NCBI GenBank assembly: GCA_019057815.1
Contig: JAHLWR010000014.1
Span: 32,001-96,000, forward strand
DNA length: 64,000 nt
Direction of reading: 5' to 3'
Source of the DNA: Candidatus Heimdallarchaeota archaeon
GTDB lineage: Archaea; Asgardarchaeota; Heimdallarchaeia; Heimdallarchaeales; Heimdallarchaeaceae
Positions 38,793 through 48,940 of the stretch are shown here, in pieces (position 1 is the stretch's first letter; every line of letters starts with the position of its first letter). A model generated the notes under the pieces. It was not told the origin of the DNA. It was given only the letters and a program-made list of their open reading frames with translations, and searched no databases. Both the position numbers and the translations under genes were made by a program.

Positions 38793-39887
38793 GTGGAAAT
38801 TTTGAATTGGTTCATAATAACTTCAAATGCATGTAATCTTTGTTGTTCATACTGTTTAAATGAACCTCACCCTCTCTTACCAGTTCAACCTTCTTGGGAT
38901 TTAGAAACTTTGAAGAATTTTATAGAAAAAGACGACAATCCAACATTAGCTTTTTATGGTGGAGAACCTTTACTTAATTTCTCTTTAATTAAAGATGTAA
39001 TGGATGAAATCAAAGCAGAAAACTACACTTTACAAACAAATGGACTACTGTTAAACAAAATCCCTAAAGAGTATTTACTAAAATTTTCTGCAATCCTAGT
39101 ATCACTAGATGGAGGAAGAGAAATAACGGATTCTCACAGAGGTAAGGGTACATATGAGAAAGTATCAAGAAATATCCAAGAAATACGCAACAATGGATAC
39201 AACGCTGATTTAATTGCTCGAATGACGATAACAGAGAAATCAGATATTTACAGAGATGTAATTCATTTACTCAACAATGAAAAGCTAGGTTTTGATAATG
39301 TTCATTTTCAACTTGATTGTCAATGGGATGATTTGGATCACACACGTTGGAATAACTTCAAAGAGTGGATAGAAAATTACAATAATGGAATCAGCAACCT
39401 TGTCACCTATTGGACAGATGAAATGGAAAATGGAATAGTAAAAGGTATAGTACCTTTTCTTGGAGTCTTTAATCATATATTGAATGATACAATAACCGAT
39501 CTTCCTTGTGAAGCAGGATTGAGAAGTTTTGCTGTAAGAACGGATGGAGTTTTAACTGTATGTCCTCTCCCCCCAGAATATGAATTTTCTGTAGTTGGTG
39601 ACATAAAAACATCCATTCCTCTAAAATTGGAAAATTCTGTCAAAGTTGAGAAACCCTGTCCTTCTTGTGAAATATACCACTTATGTGGAGGAAGGTGTCT
39701 TTTTGCGAATAAAACAAAATTATGGGGAGAGGAAGGATTCAATCTAGTATGCACTTCTATTAAACATTTAGTCAATCAGCTGAAAATGATTAAACCAAAA
39801 GTTGAGAAATTAATATACAACAAAACGATACATAAAGACTCCTTTAATTATCCAAAATTTAATAATACAACTGAAATCATACCTTAG
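38793..39887 (+). CDS. Radical SAM/SPASM protein, AF0577-like (putative peptide-modifying family)
   Basis: CNLCCSYC, FYGGEP, QTNG, SLDG, SPASM cysteines (CEAG, CP, CPSC...CGGRC, C), C-terminal TEIIP. Confidence 0.85.
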   Translation: MEILNWFIITSNACNLCCSYCLNEPHPLLPVQPSWDLETLKNFIEKDDNPTLAFYGGEPLLNFSLIKDVMDEIKAENYTLQTNGLLLNKIPKEYLLKFSAILVSLDGGREITDSHRGKGTYEKVSRNIQEIRNNGYNADLIARMTITEKSDIYRDVIHLLNNEKLGFDNVHFQLDCQWDDLDHTRWNNFKEWIENYNNGISNLVTYWTDEMENGIVKGIVPFLGVFNHILNDTITDLPCEAGLRSFAVRTDGVLTVCPLPPEYEFSVVGDIKTSIPLKLENSVKVEKPCPSCEIYHLCGGRCLFANKTKLWGEEGFNLVCTSIKHLVNQLKMIKPKVEKLIYNKTIHKDSFNYPKFNNTTEIIP

Positions 39888-39891
39888 ATAG

Positions 39892-40845
39892 CTAGATTAC
39901 CCATGTTGTATCAACTACATCAATCCTATCTTCAGTGTAAATTCTTAATACTCCCTGTTCAATAAAAATTTCAACAATATCACTTGTAGTTTTAATATCC
40001 ATCTTTATTCTAGTAGACAATTTCTGTAGTGTTATTCCACCTTTTTTATGTTCCTTCAATACAACCAATAACACTGCTCTTTCAACGTCCTCTAGTTGAA
40101 GCAAATCTTTTGTTTCATAATAACGAGGAGTTTCTTGATGTTCTAGAATGTTAAGAAGTTGTATAGATAATTTGGAAAGAGTTTCTTTGTTTAAATCGTT
40201 AAGATCATTCAACCATGAGATATACCGTTGAAGAAGTTTCTCTATAGTATCTCTATTATTATTGAATTTCTGATAGAGATTTTGAGTCATCACTAAAAAT
40301 AGAAGCGAAGGGATTTTAACACCCATCATTGTGTGCAAAGAGAAGAAAAGGGGAACAATCCAACGATGTTCTTCATATTCTATCTCCTGAAAAAGTGGAA
40401 ATTTTTCTTTAGAATTGTTAAAAAACGAAGTCATAATATTCTCTGACTTATAGTCCAAAATTAATTGAATTGGAGGTAAAGGTTTTACTAAAGAGAAATT
40501 CATTACAATATTATTCTCATCATAAGAATACGCAACAAGGTTAAACACTATTCCTTCATCAAAGGTTTTTGTAACTTTTTCTATTGTTATTTCTACTCGA
40601 GGAGGTAACTCCCTATTGTGAAGAAAGTGTTTAACGTGACCTATAGTGATGTGTCTATTCCCTGAAACTTTTTTCTCATAAGGATAAAAATCTTTTTTTC
40701 CTATAAAGCGAAGGTGCCCCTCTATTGTGTCTCCAGATTCTATGAAAGATATCCATTTGGGGACAGTAACGCGGTATGAAGAGGATACTTTCGTTTCATA
40801 GGTTAAAGGAAGTTTAATCTTTCCCTTGCCTTTCTTAATAGACAT
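39892..40845 (-). CDS. Multidomain putative regulator: AbrB-like N-terminus, longin/uDENN-like middle, C-terminal winged helix
   Basis: KVSSSYRVTVPK and KVSGNRHITIG repeats; LVAYSYDEN strand; GGITLQKLSTRIKMDIKTTSDIVEIFIEQGVL. Confidence 0.55.
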   Translation of the reverse strand: MSIKKGKGKIKLPLTYETKVSSSYRVTVPKWISFIESGDTIEGHLRFIGKKDFYPYEKKVSGNRHITIGHVKHFLHNRELPPRVEITIEKVTKTFDEGIVFNLVAYSYDENNIVMNFSLVKPLPPIQLILDYKSENIMTSFFNNSKEKFPLFQEIEYEEHRWIVPLFFSLHTMMGVKIPSLLFLVMTQNLYQKFNNNRDTIEKLLQRYISWLNDLNDLNKETLSKLSIQLLNILEHQETPRYYETKDLLQLEDVERAVLLVVLKEHKKGGITLQKLSTRIKMDIKTTSDIVEIFIEQGVLRIYTEDRIDVVDTTWVI

Positions 40846-40897
40846 TGGTCAAACATATTCTGAATACAGAATAAAAGCTTTATTACTGGTAGCTTCA

Positions 40898-40950
40898 ATA
40901 AACTTCTCCTACCTAAAGTAAGGGGATTTCTGCTATCGTCCACTAAAATT
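40898..40950 (-). repeat. IS200/IS605-end-like palindromic miniature element, copy A
   Basis: Minus strand CAGAAATCCCCTTACTTTAGGTAGGAGAAGTTTAT aligns with 45050-45101. Confidence 0.55.
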
Positions 40951-41015
40951 GTTACTTCCAGGAGGAAATTAAGAATGCACAGAAAGCTTTTATTTTAAAT
41001 GAATATAAGAAAATC

Positions 41016-42107
41016 ATGTCACTTATTTTTTCCGAATTTCAATTAAAAGACATAACTCTAAAAAACAGATTAGTTAGATCTGCTACCACTTCTTATTGGT
41101 CTGATCAAGATGGTATTTTGACAAATCCAATTTTAAAATATTATGGGAAATTGGCTAAAGGAGGTGTAGGACTTATAATTAAGGGACATTCATACGTTAG
41201 TGAAAAAGCAAAAGCACACACAGGACAATCAGGGTTGTCCAGTGACAAACACATTCCTAGAATGAAAGAACTTACAGAATTAACCCATTCCTTTAATACT
41301 CCTATCATTGCGCAATTAAACCACGGTGGTTATAATTGCAAAGCTAATCGAGTCACAGCATCTGATTACAAGATGCCCAAAGGGGAAGCGAGAGAAGCAA
41401 CAAAAAATGATATTGAAAAGATAGTTGAAAACTTTGCAAATTCAGCAGAACACGCATTACAATCCGGATTTGATGGTGTTCAGATTCACGGTGCTCATGG
41501 ATATTTGGTAAGTCAGTTTCTAAGTGACATAGTAAACAGAAGAGATGATGAATATGGAGGATCGCTTGAAAAACGCTCTAAACTTCTTTTTGAGATTTAT
41601 AAAGAAACAAGAAAAAGTTTGGGAAATAAAGCTCTTATAGGAATCAAACTTAATTGTGATGATTTTGCAGAGAAGGGGGGCATAAGATTAGAAGATTCTA
41701 TTCAAGTTACTAAATGGTTGAAAAACAAAGGTATTGATTTTATCGAGATTTCCGGGGGTGGTCCTGAACAACAAGCTAAAATAAGAAGAGAAAGAGCAAA
41801 ACCAGAACCAGAAACAGGTTTTATTGAAGCTAATTTTGGAGGACATACTCAAAGAATAAGAGAATCTGTTCCAGAAATACCTCTAGCTTTAGTGGATGGG
41901 ATAAGATCTAAATCAACAATCGATAGTTTGCTTAAATCTGATGTAGTAGACCTAGTTTCAATGAGTAGACCATTGATTATAGAGCCTGATTTGCCAGAAA
42001 GATTGAAGAAAAGTCAACAGAAATCTTCTTGCATAAGCTGTTCGAAATGTATTTCAAAAGAAGCTTTTGCGAAAATGATGTTAAGATGTCACCATCTTAA
42101 TCCTTGA
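41016..42107 (+). CDS. NADH:flavin oxidoreductase (Old Yellow Enzyme family)
   Basis: LKNRLVRSAT, AQLNHGG, GFDGVQIHGAHGYLVSQFLS, NRRDDEYGGS, CISCSKC. Confidence 0.92.
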   Translation: MSLIFSEFQLKDITLKNRLVRSATTSYWSDQDGILTNPILKYYGKLAKGGVGLIIKGHSYVSEKAKAHTGQSGLSSDKHIPRMKELTELTHSFNTPIIAQLNHGGYNCKANRVTASDYKMPKGEAREATKNDIEKIVENFANSAEHALQSGFDGVQIHGAHGYLVSQFLSDIVNRRDDEYGGSLEKRSKLLFEIYKETRKSLGNKALIGIKLNCDDFAEKGGIRLEDSIQVTKWLKNKGIDFIEISGGGPEQQAKIRRERAKPEPETGFIEANFGGHTQRIRESVPEIPLALVDGIRSKSTIDSLLKSDVVDLVSMSRPLIIEPDLPERLKKSQQKSSCISCSKCISKEAFAKMMLRCHHLNP

Positions 42108-42138
42108 CATCATTGCATTTTTATCAACCTTTATAAAC

Positions 42139-43188
42139 TTGGAAACAAAAACTCAAACGGGATTAATGTCTTCTTCTCTTACTAAAACGATTAAACCGGT
42201 AATCAAAAAATTAGTAGAAGAATCGTGGTTAATTAAAGAAGGAGAAAGAATACTTATTGTCAGTGACTTCCCTTCTAATGAAGATTTTTCCTGTAAACCT
42301 GTTGAGCTTATTGAATCAATGGTTAACCGAAATATTCTCGCAAAAAGTATCCATGATTCCATTACAGATTTAATCCCTAACCCTGTTGAACTTTACTTCA
42401 TGGAACCAACGTATGAACATTGGAAAAACCCAATAGATAAGATTCTGAAAGAGAAGATCGAATCCTCAAATATAGTTTTTACACTAACAGAATATTCCTT
42501 AACAGATACTCCTATCGTTGCTGTACCTTTAGTAAAAAAACAAATAAAGCACATTTCAGCACCACTAATCCCCCCAGAAGTCTTCTTTCCTGGAGGACCT
42601 TTAGATATAGATTACGACAAAATTGAAGAATTATCTACAAATTTGTTTAATCTCTTTAAAGATGCTAAAAAGCTAGAATTCTATGATATTGCAGGAAGTC
42701 ATCTATCAATCGAATTACCTACCACCTGGCTTTTCGAAACAGGTAGAATCCCTGAATATGGAATGAATACCAATCTTCCACCTGGAGAACTAACCTTAGA
42801 GATCCCTTATTCAGAATCTGATTGTAAAATATCAGGACAATTGAATATCTTTCCTGGTTGGCAGAGCGGTATGTCTGATCTTCTAATCTTAAATATAAGT
42901 GAAAATAGGTTACATGACGTTGTTGGTGGTGGAGAGATAGGGGAATTGATACAAAAATTGATTCAGAAAGAAGAAGTGAAAGTTGTCCAATTTGGGATAG
43001 GTACGAATCCTGCTGCTAAAGATCCTTTTTGTCCTACAGTAGCTGACAAATATTATGGAATGGCTCACATTCGCTTTTATCCTGAAATAAATACAGAGCA
43101 CTTTTACTTTCCAATATCTAAAATAAAAGTAGATGATAAAGAATACAATCATTTCCAAGTTTTTAGAAACTCTGAACGAAAAATCTAA
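42139..43188 (+). CDS. Peptidase M29 (aminopeptidase T)-like protein, probably degenerate
   Basis: NLPPGE, QFGIGTNP, DKYYGMAHI. Confidence 0.6.
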   Translation: METKTQTGLMSSSLTKTIKPVIKKLVEESWLIKEGERILIVSDFPSNEDFSCKPVELIESMVNRNILAKSIHDSITDLIPNPVELYFMEPTYEHWKNPIDKILKEKIESSNIVFTLTEYSLTDTPIVAVPLVKKQIKHISAPLIPPEVFFPGGPLDIDYDKIEELSTNLFNLFKDAKKLEFYDIAGSHLSIELPTTWLFETGRIPEYGMNTNLPPGELTLEIPYSESDCKISGQLNIFPGWQSGMSDLLILNISENRLHDVVGGGEIGELIQKLIQKEEVKVVQFGIGTNPAAKDPFCPTVADKYYGMAHIRFYPEINTEHFYFPISKIKVDDKEYNHFQVFRNSERKI

Positions 43189-43199
43189 AAAAAACGAAA

Positions 43200-44162
43200 T
43201 TAATCGAAAACTTCAGCGTTCACTAGGTTTGGAGGTTTCTTTCCAGCTAGTGCAGCTATTAAGTCTTTCGCAGCCATTAAAGACATTTTTGTTCGTGTTT
43301 CAATACTAGCTGAACCAATGTGAGGTAAAACAACTACGTTAGAATATCCAAAAATTTTAGAATTGATTTCAGGTTCATTATAATACACATCTAAACCTAT
43401 ACCTGCTATCAGTTTTTCCTCAAGTGCTAGGAGTAAACTAGTTTCGTCAATTACTTTTCCTCTTGCTGTATTGATAAGATATGCAGAAGATTTCATTTTT
43501 CTAAACTCCTCTATTCCGATCATGTGGTGAGTTTCTGGAGTATAAGGGCAATGGATAGTAATGTAATCAGAAGAAAGAATTAAGTCTTCAAAAGTGACTT
43601 TAATAGCATTTAATTCGCTTTCAATGTCTTCTTTCGGAGATTGACTGTGATAAATAATATTCATTCCAAATCCTTTAGCTCTACGAGCAACAGCTTGACC
43701 AATCCTACCAAGTCCAATGATACCCAATGTTTTTCCAGAAAAATCACCTCCTAGCAACTCCATAGGTTCCCACCCTTTGAAATTACCATCTCTTACATAT
43801 TTATCAGCTTCTACAATTCTTCTAGATACAGCCAATATTAGTGCAAATGTTAAATCAGCTGTAGCTTCTGTTAATACTCCTGGAGTATTAGTAACAGGAA
43901 TTTTCCTTTCTGTAGCTGCTTTAATATCGATATTATCTACTCCAACAGCATAGTTAGCTATAGCTTTAATACCTAAAACATCTATTATTTCTTCATCTAT
44001 TTTGTCTGTAAGTAAACAAAGTAAACCGTCAGAACCTCTAGCTTGTTCTAGTAATTCTTTTTTAGTAATCGGTCTGTCATGTTCAAATATTTCCACTTCA
44101 AACATCTCTTTGAGCAATCTTAAGCCATCTTGAGGAATCATACGAGTAACAAAAACCTTCAT
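43200..44162 (-). CDS. gyaR: Glyoxylate reductase / D-glycerate dehydrogenase
   Basis: AVGVDNID, TNTPGVLTEATAD, GLGRIG, INTARG, DVYYNEP, PHIGSA. Confidence 0.88.
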   Translation of the reverse strand: MKVFVTRMIPQDGLRLLKEMFEVEIFEHDRPITKKELLEQARGSDGLLCLLTDKIDEEIIDVLGIKAIANYAVGVDNIDIKAATERKIPVTNTPGVLTEATADLTFALILAVSRRIVEADKYVRDGNFKGWEPMELLGGDFSGKTLGIIGLGRIGQAVARRAKGFGMNIIYHSQSPKEDIESELNAIKVTFEDLILSSDYITIHCPYTPETHHMIGIEEFRKMKSSAYLINTARGKVIDETSLLLALEEKLIAGIGLDVYYNEPEINSKIFGYSNVVVLPHIGSASIETRTKMSLMAAKDLIAALAGKKPPNLVNAEVFD

Positions 44163-44220
44163 TATGAAATAAGAAAAAGAGAAGTAAAATAAATGTTGTT
44201 AAGTATGCAGATTTAATGTT

Positions 44221-45003
44221 TTAAGTATAACCTTCTCTAGCTTTTTTAGTTAAGGTTTGAGGTTCCAAAAGAGATCTTTGTTTCTCAGCTATCATAGCTA
44301 ATTGTTTTTTTATTTGCTCAGCTTCTTCATAAAGAGGTTTAGTATCAATAGCTAAAGAGAAATAGTCATTAATCACATTAACGAGCGAAATCGCTGCTTC
44401 TGGATCAGGAAGCTTAGAAGTAGCAGGAGTCATTAAAACTATACCGACTAATTCACGTAAAAGAGCTTCACTCATTAAAGCTCCAGATAATCCTATAACA
44501 ACTCCAAAGTCATAAATTTCTACAGCGTATTTCTTCAGTTCTAAAGCTACTTCTTTTTCTGCAGCTGTTATGACGACAGGTTTTTCTGGCTTAATATCTA
44601 CTGGAATACCATCTAAACACACAAGGTATTTTGCGTCAAAATGCTCTTCTATCCAATTTAAGAGACCTTCAGAAAGCACTAAGTAAGAATCTGGAGAAAT
44701 AGGATAATCAATGCTAATAAGTAAGATTGTTCCTTCATCATTTGAATAAAGTAAGTAAGGGTGTTTTAGAACGTTGTCTGAAAAAATAGTTACAGGACTT
44801 AAAACATTGGATTTAAAGAAACCAATTTCAGTTAACCCTAAGGATCTGACCATTTGTCTGGAAATAATAGGACCAATAATACCAGGACCAGGATATGTCA
44901 CAAAAACGATAGGGTTTTTTAGTTCGATTTCCTTCGTTTGAGTTATAAGAAAAGTGTCTTTATGAATACAGATGTCTTTTATATGTTTCTTCATGAATAT
45001 CAA
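44221..45003 (-). CDS. Proteasome assembly chaperone (PAC2 family)
   Basis: PGPGIIG, LDGI, GLSGAL, PDPEAA, IDTKPLYEEAEQI. Confidence 0.85.
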   Translation of the reverse strand: MIFMKKHIKDICIHKDTFLITQTKEIELKNPIVFVTYPGPGIIGPIISRQMVRSLGLTEIGFFKSNVLSPVTIFSDNVLKHPYLLYSNDEGTILLISIDYPISPDSYLVLSEGLLNWIEEHFDAKYLVCLDGIPVDIKPEKPVVITAAEKEVALELKKYAVEIYDFGVVIGLSGALMSEALLRELVGIVLMTPATSKLPDPEAAISLVNVINDYFSLAIDTKPLYEEAEQIKKQLAMIAEKQRSLLEPQTLTKKAREGYT

Positions 45004-45049
45004 ATAACTATGTGTACAGAAAAACTTAAAGCTTTCTGTAGGTTAAATA

Positions 45050-45101
45050 AATTTAATTGAACATAACAGAAGTCCCCTATCTTTAGGTGGAGGTAGTTCA
45101 T
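45050..45101 (+). repeat. IS200/IS605-end-like palindromic miniature element, copy B
   Basis: CAGAAGTCCCCTATCTTTAGGTGGAGGTAGTTCA resembles IS605/IS1341 right-end hairpins. Confidence 0.6.
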
Positions 45102-45111
45102 CTTTTGAGAA

Positions 45112-46038
45112 CTAATTGTTAGGAAACTCTTTCTCTTGGAATTTTCTTTCTACAAAAAATATTCCCCCTACAATAAGAACAGCTCCAATACCAAAGATAT
45201 ATGTTATGCTTTCATCTAAAAATATTATCGCCAATATGACCGAAACAATAGGAACAAAGGCTTGTATGATGCCAGTTTTAGTAGCAGATAGACCTTTAAG
45301 CAGTGTTAACCAAAATGTATAAGCTAAAGAAGTAGAAATGATGGCAATAAGTAGAATTAGAAACCAACCTGATAAATTAATATGTAAATAATCCAAATCT
45401 ATTGAGAAAGCAAAACCAGCAAGAAAAATAGAACCTATGAAAAGATTCAGGAAAGTAACAAGTAAAGGATTCTCATCAGAGAAGTATTTTTTCAAGATAA
45501 TAGTGTATAATGCCCAAAATATCCCAGATGAGAAAGCGAGAAGGTTCCCTAACATATTAAGTTTTGAGAGTTGAAAAAGAGTTAACAAATCATTATCAAA
45601 TATGACTAAAAACAATCCTAAAAAGGATATCATAATCCCTATAGTTTGCCATTTAGATATTTTTTCACGTATGAAGAAAAAAGCGAAAATTGGAATAAGA
45701 ATTATATTGCTGTTTAAAAGAAAAGAAGCGGAAGAAGCAGAAGTCCACTTAACTGAAAAAAATAGCAATACAGGCATTCCAGCGCAGATAGCAGAAGCTA
45801 ATAAATATATCTTCCACTTATTTCTAAATGAATCAAAGATTTTTTTAAAAACGTTTTTGGTGTTGAATAGAAGTAGAATGAATAAGACCAAGGATGCAAA
45901 AAAATATCTGAAAAAAGATAGCTGTAAAGGAGTAAGCTGACCAGTTCGATCAATAAGATATTCCCCAATTACAGGAGTTAGAGCCCAACCAAGAATAACT
46001 GTACCAACCTGAATTGACCTTGAGATAATCTTTTGCAC
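45112..46038 (-). CDS. EamA/DMT family transporter
   Basis: About ten TM helices in two EamA repeats; FFRY, REKIS, GNLLA...WALY. Confidence 0.9.
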   Translation of the reverse strand: MQKIISRSIQVGTVILGWALTPVIGEYLIDRTGQLTPLQLSFFRYFFASLVLFILLLFNTKNVFKKIFDSFRNKWKIYLLASAICAGMPVLLFFSVKWTSASSASFLLNSNIILIPIFAFFFIREKISKWQTIGIMISFLGLFLVIFDNDLLTLFQLSKLNMLGNLLAFSSGIFWALYTIILKKYFSDENPLLVTFLNLFIGSIFLAGFAFSIDLDYLHINLSGWFLILLIAIISTSLAYTFWLTLLKGLSATKTGIIQAFVPIVSVILAIIFLDESITYIFGIGAVLIVGGIFFVERKFQEKEFPNN

Positions 46039-46092
46039 ATTCTATCCATAGCATCTGTGTTTCTAAATTTTTCGTAAAAATAAGAAGAATCA

Positions 46093-47085
46093 CTATTTTT
46101 TAGATTTCTTTTTCCTTCTTGTATTTTTTTGAGATATAATTGGTAGGTAAGGTCCACCACCCATCATCCTAGGGTCGACACTTCTAGCAGCTAAAAGAGT
46201 CTGATCTTGGATTTCTTTAGCAGAATATTCGTAAGGTCTTTCTGTTCTCTTCCTTCTTTTGCTCGTAGAAATTCTGATTAGCATAAATAGAGCGAAAACT
46301 AAGACTAAACCAATTATTAAATCACTAATCTGAAAAGGTCTACTGAGATCAAGAGATAAGAATATTACAACATTGTGCTCTAAACCATCATTAGTTTCGA
46401 GTACAACTAACTCTTTGTGCTCGTTTAAGCTCGCTTCAATTGAACCAAACTCGGATATAGTGGATGTTAAGTTTACAGTTGTACGCCAATAAAGATCAAG
46501 AGTATTATCATTGTATAGAAGATGGAAAACAATACTACCATTAGAATCAGCAATTCCTAAAGAAAAGCGGTGGTTCCCTTCTTCAATTTCTTTAAGAGAA
46601 ATCTTGGTTAATTCACCAGGTTTAACTTGTTCTTGCCAGACAACATTATCAGTAAATTCGAAGTAAAAACCTCCTTCATCACGTTCATTCAGTTTATCTA
46701 TATAAACAAGGCATACTAATTCTAGAATGTCAGGAGTTAAATTATCATATCTTACTGAGTAAAAGCCTGTTCCAATATAGTAAAACGTATTATCTTCGGT
46801 AACATTGTAACGAGAACCTAACAAAGATCCTTCAAGCGAAAAAAACATATTATACATCCCTTCTGTTTCGTCGAAAAATGTTTGAATAGTGCACAGAGTT
46901 GTATCAGCCCCCAGTGTAAGGTTGACATTAAAATATTCACTACTATAAGGATCGACTGTTAAGGTAATCGTGTTATAAGCTTCTACTGAATAAGATGGAG
47001 GAAATAAAGAAGTGAGAACTATCAACGTTAGCGAGAAAACAAGCTTTTTTTTCATTATACTCTGTACTAAAAAATCTAAAATCAT
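46093..47085 (-). CDS. Single-pass surface protein of unknown function
   Basis: Signal peptide, beta-rich ectodomain, C-terminal TM and basic cytoplasmic tail. Confidence 0.65.
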   Translation of the reverse strand: MILDFLVQSIMKKKLVFSLTLIVLTSLFPPSYSVEAYNTITLTVDPYSSEYFNVNLTLGADTTLCTIQTFFDETEGMYNMFFSLEGSLLGSRYNVTEDNTFYYIGTGFYSVRYDNLTPDILELVCLVYIDKLNERDEGGFYFEFTDNVVWQEQVKPGELTKISLKEIEEGNHRFSLGIADSNGSIVFHLLYNDNTLDLYWRTTVNLTSTISEFGSIEASLNEHKELVVLETNDGLEHNVVIFLSLDLSRPFQISDLIIGLVLVFALFMLIRISTSKRRKRTERPYEYSAKEIQDQTLLAARSVDPRMMGGGPYLPIISQKNTRRKKKSKK

Positions 47086-47194
47086 TAATAATATTTGTGC
47101 AAAGAAAAAATTAGAAATCTTCTGAAGTTGAAATGAAAATTCTTAGGAACTTCTATATTTTCAGGATTAATTCGCTTACATTCTAGATTTCCGT

Positions 47195-48775
47195 TTATTG
47201 CTTTCTCGTTCGCTTTCTGGATATTCTCCCTGTGATTAATAGAACAGCTATTATTAGAAGAGTAAGGGTGAAGTCTAATTGATTTTCATCTGTAGTAGAT
47301 TCAACTGAAGTGTATTCAGTTGTAGTATGTTCAACATCTTCTTCAAGAGGATAGAGATCTTTTGAACCTGCAGAGCCATCAATAGAATAACTGCCAAATC
47401 CTGACCAATCAGACCAAAAATTGCCTTTTTTTGCTTCTACATCAAACCAAATATTATTAGTTCCATCATCATATGCTTGGGACGAACCTTTAGGATAATT
47501 TTCTACGAAATTGTTGTTGTGAATAGTATTATCATGAGACATGTCACTTATGAAGATACCATATTCTTCGTTTTCTTGTAAAAGATTGTATGTAATAAGA
47601 CAAGAATTTGAATAATAGAGATTAATTCCATTATATCCATTGAAGTTACAAGTATTATTGATAAATGTTGAATTAGAACAAAACCACAGCGTGATACCAC
47701 TCTTGTCATTGAAACTGCAGGTATTATTGAAAATAGTAGTACTTAGAGAATCACGAAGATAAATACCACAAAAGTTGTTATTACATGTGTTATTGATTAG
47801 AGTGGTTTTATTACACCAACGGAGAGTCAAACCATCAACGATATTTGATAATTCTTGGTTACTGACTATAAGTTCTGTGCAGTTAATTAAGATTAGTTGA
47901 CCATATATTGGTTCGGAAAGGTTAATATTGAAGAGATTTATGTAAAAACCAAGTTTTTTATCGTTAACCAAGTTGTTTTCGATAGAGTAAGTGAGGAATT
48001 CTTCAATATTAGTTCCAAAGATATAGTAACCATTGTTATGGAAAGTGTTATTGATTACAATTGCACCAAAAGAATAGCGAGATATACGGATACCATAGAT
48101 ATTGTTGTCCAAACAAGTGTTATTGATGACATTAGTATTAGAAGAAGAATACAAAAGGATACCATCAACGTTGTTAATAGAGCAAGCGTTATTGATAATT
48201 GTAGAATCAGAAGAAGAAGATAACCAAATGCCATAGTTGTTATTTGAACAAACATTATTCAAAAGTGTAGCATTAGAAGACTGTTCTAGATAGATACCAA
48301 TATTGTTGTGAGTACAAGTATTATTAGTAATAATAGCATTAGAGGAAAGAAACAAATAGATACCATTACCCCAGTGGTTCAAACATATGTTATTCATAAT
48401 CTTAGCTTTTCCATCGGTAACATTCTCAATATAAATACCATTACCCCTCGTGTCCAAAAAACAATCTCGAATAATAAAAAATTTAGTTGTATCTGTAATA
48501 AGAATACCACTTGTAACATATGTAGTTGTAATGTTATATCCCTCTATTATATAGGGTTCTTCAGCTGTTCCTAAACCTGGAAAAACCTCAAAATCGCTAT
48601 CAGAAGTAATACTAATAGCGTCATGGGGAGTTAAAGAGGAGTAGGAGAGTTGGGTGGATGAGTAAGTCACAGAATTCACGATAATTGCTGAGATGACGCT
48701 TGTTCTTATAATTAACACTGAAATACAAAGAATTACACAAATTGATAATTTAGATTTGGTAATCAATTTTCTCAT
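47195..48775 (-). CDS. Right-handed parallel beta-helix (NosD/CASH) surface protein
   Basis: Repeated GIYL..SSN..I.NN.C motifs, GNFWSD, DLYPL, Thr-rich linker, C-terminal TM and basic tail; GGAGG upstream of ATG 48775. Confidence 0.88.
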   Translation of the reverse strand: MRKLITKSKLSICVILCISVLIIRTSVISAIIVNSVTYSSTQLSYSSLTPHDAISITSDSDFEVFPGLGTAEEPYIIEGYNITTTYVTSGILITDTTKFFIIRDCFLDTRGNGIYIENVTDGKAKIMNNICLNHWGNGIYLFLSSNAIITNNTCTHNNIGIYLEQSSNATLLNNVCSNNNYGIWLSSSSDSTIINNACSINNVDGILLYSSSNTNVINNTCLDNNIYGIRISRYSFGAIVINNTFHNNGYYIFGTNIEEFLTYSIENNLVNDKKLGFYINLFNINLSEPIYGQLILINCTELIVSNQELSNIVDGLTLRWCNKTTLINNTCNNNFCGIYLRDSLSTTIFNNTCSFNDKSGITLWFCSNSTFINNTCNFNGYNGINLYYSNSCLITYNLLQENEEYGIFISDMSHDNTIHNNNFVENYPKGSSQAYDDGTNNIWFDVEAKKGNFWSDWSGFGSYSIDGSAGSKDLYPLEEDVEHTTTEYTSVESTTDENQLDFTLTLLIIAVLLITGRISRKRTRKQ

Positions 48776-48940
48776 TTGATTTCCTCCCAATATAATCATC
48801 TATGTTTAAGTTATAATCGCAATAATATAAGTATTTTACTTAACAATGCGAAATGTTTTGCAGTTGTATAGTCTGAACAACTAAAATCCTTTGTGTCAAT
48901 TAAAAATCTTACATTAGTTTAACTTAATGTTTTTGCAGTT

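Noticed and set aside
38675-38815. Long N-terminus of the zinc-ribbon ORF
   Set aside because: It overlaps the divergent radical SAM start and promoter region; ATG 38674 is more plausible
47700-48400. Asn-rich periodic DNA as a tandem repeat or diversity-generating target
   Set aside because: Explained by beta-helix protein repeats; no reverse transcriptase or template/variable repeat pair seen
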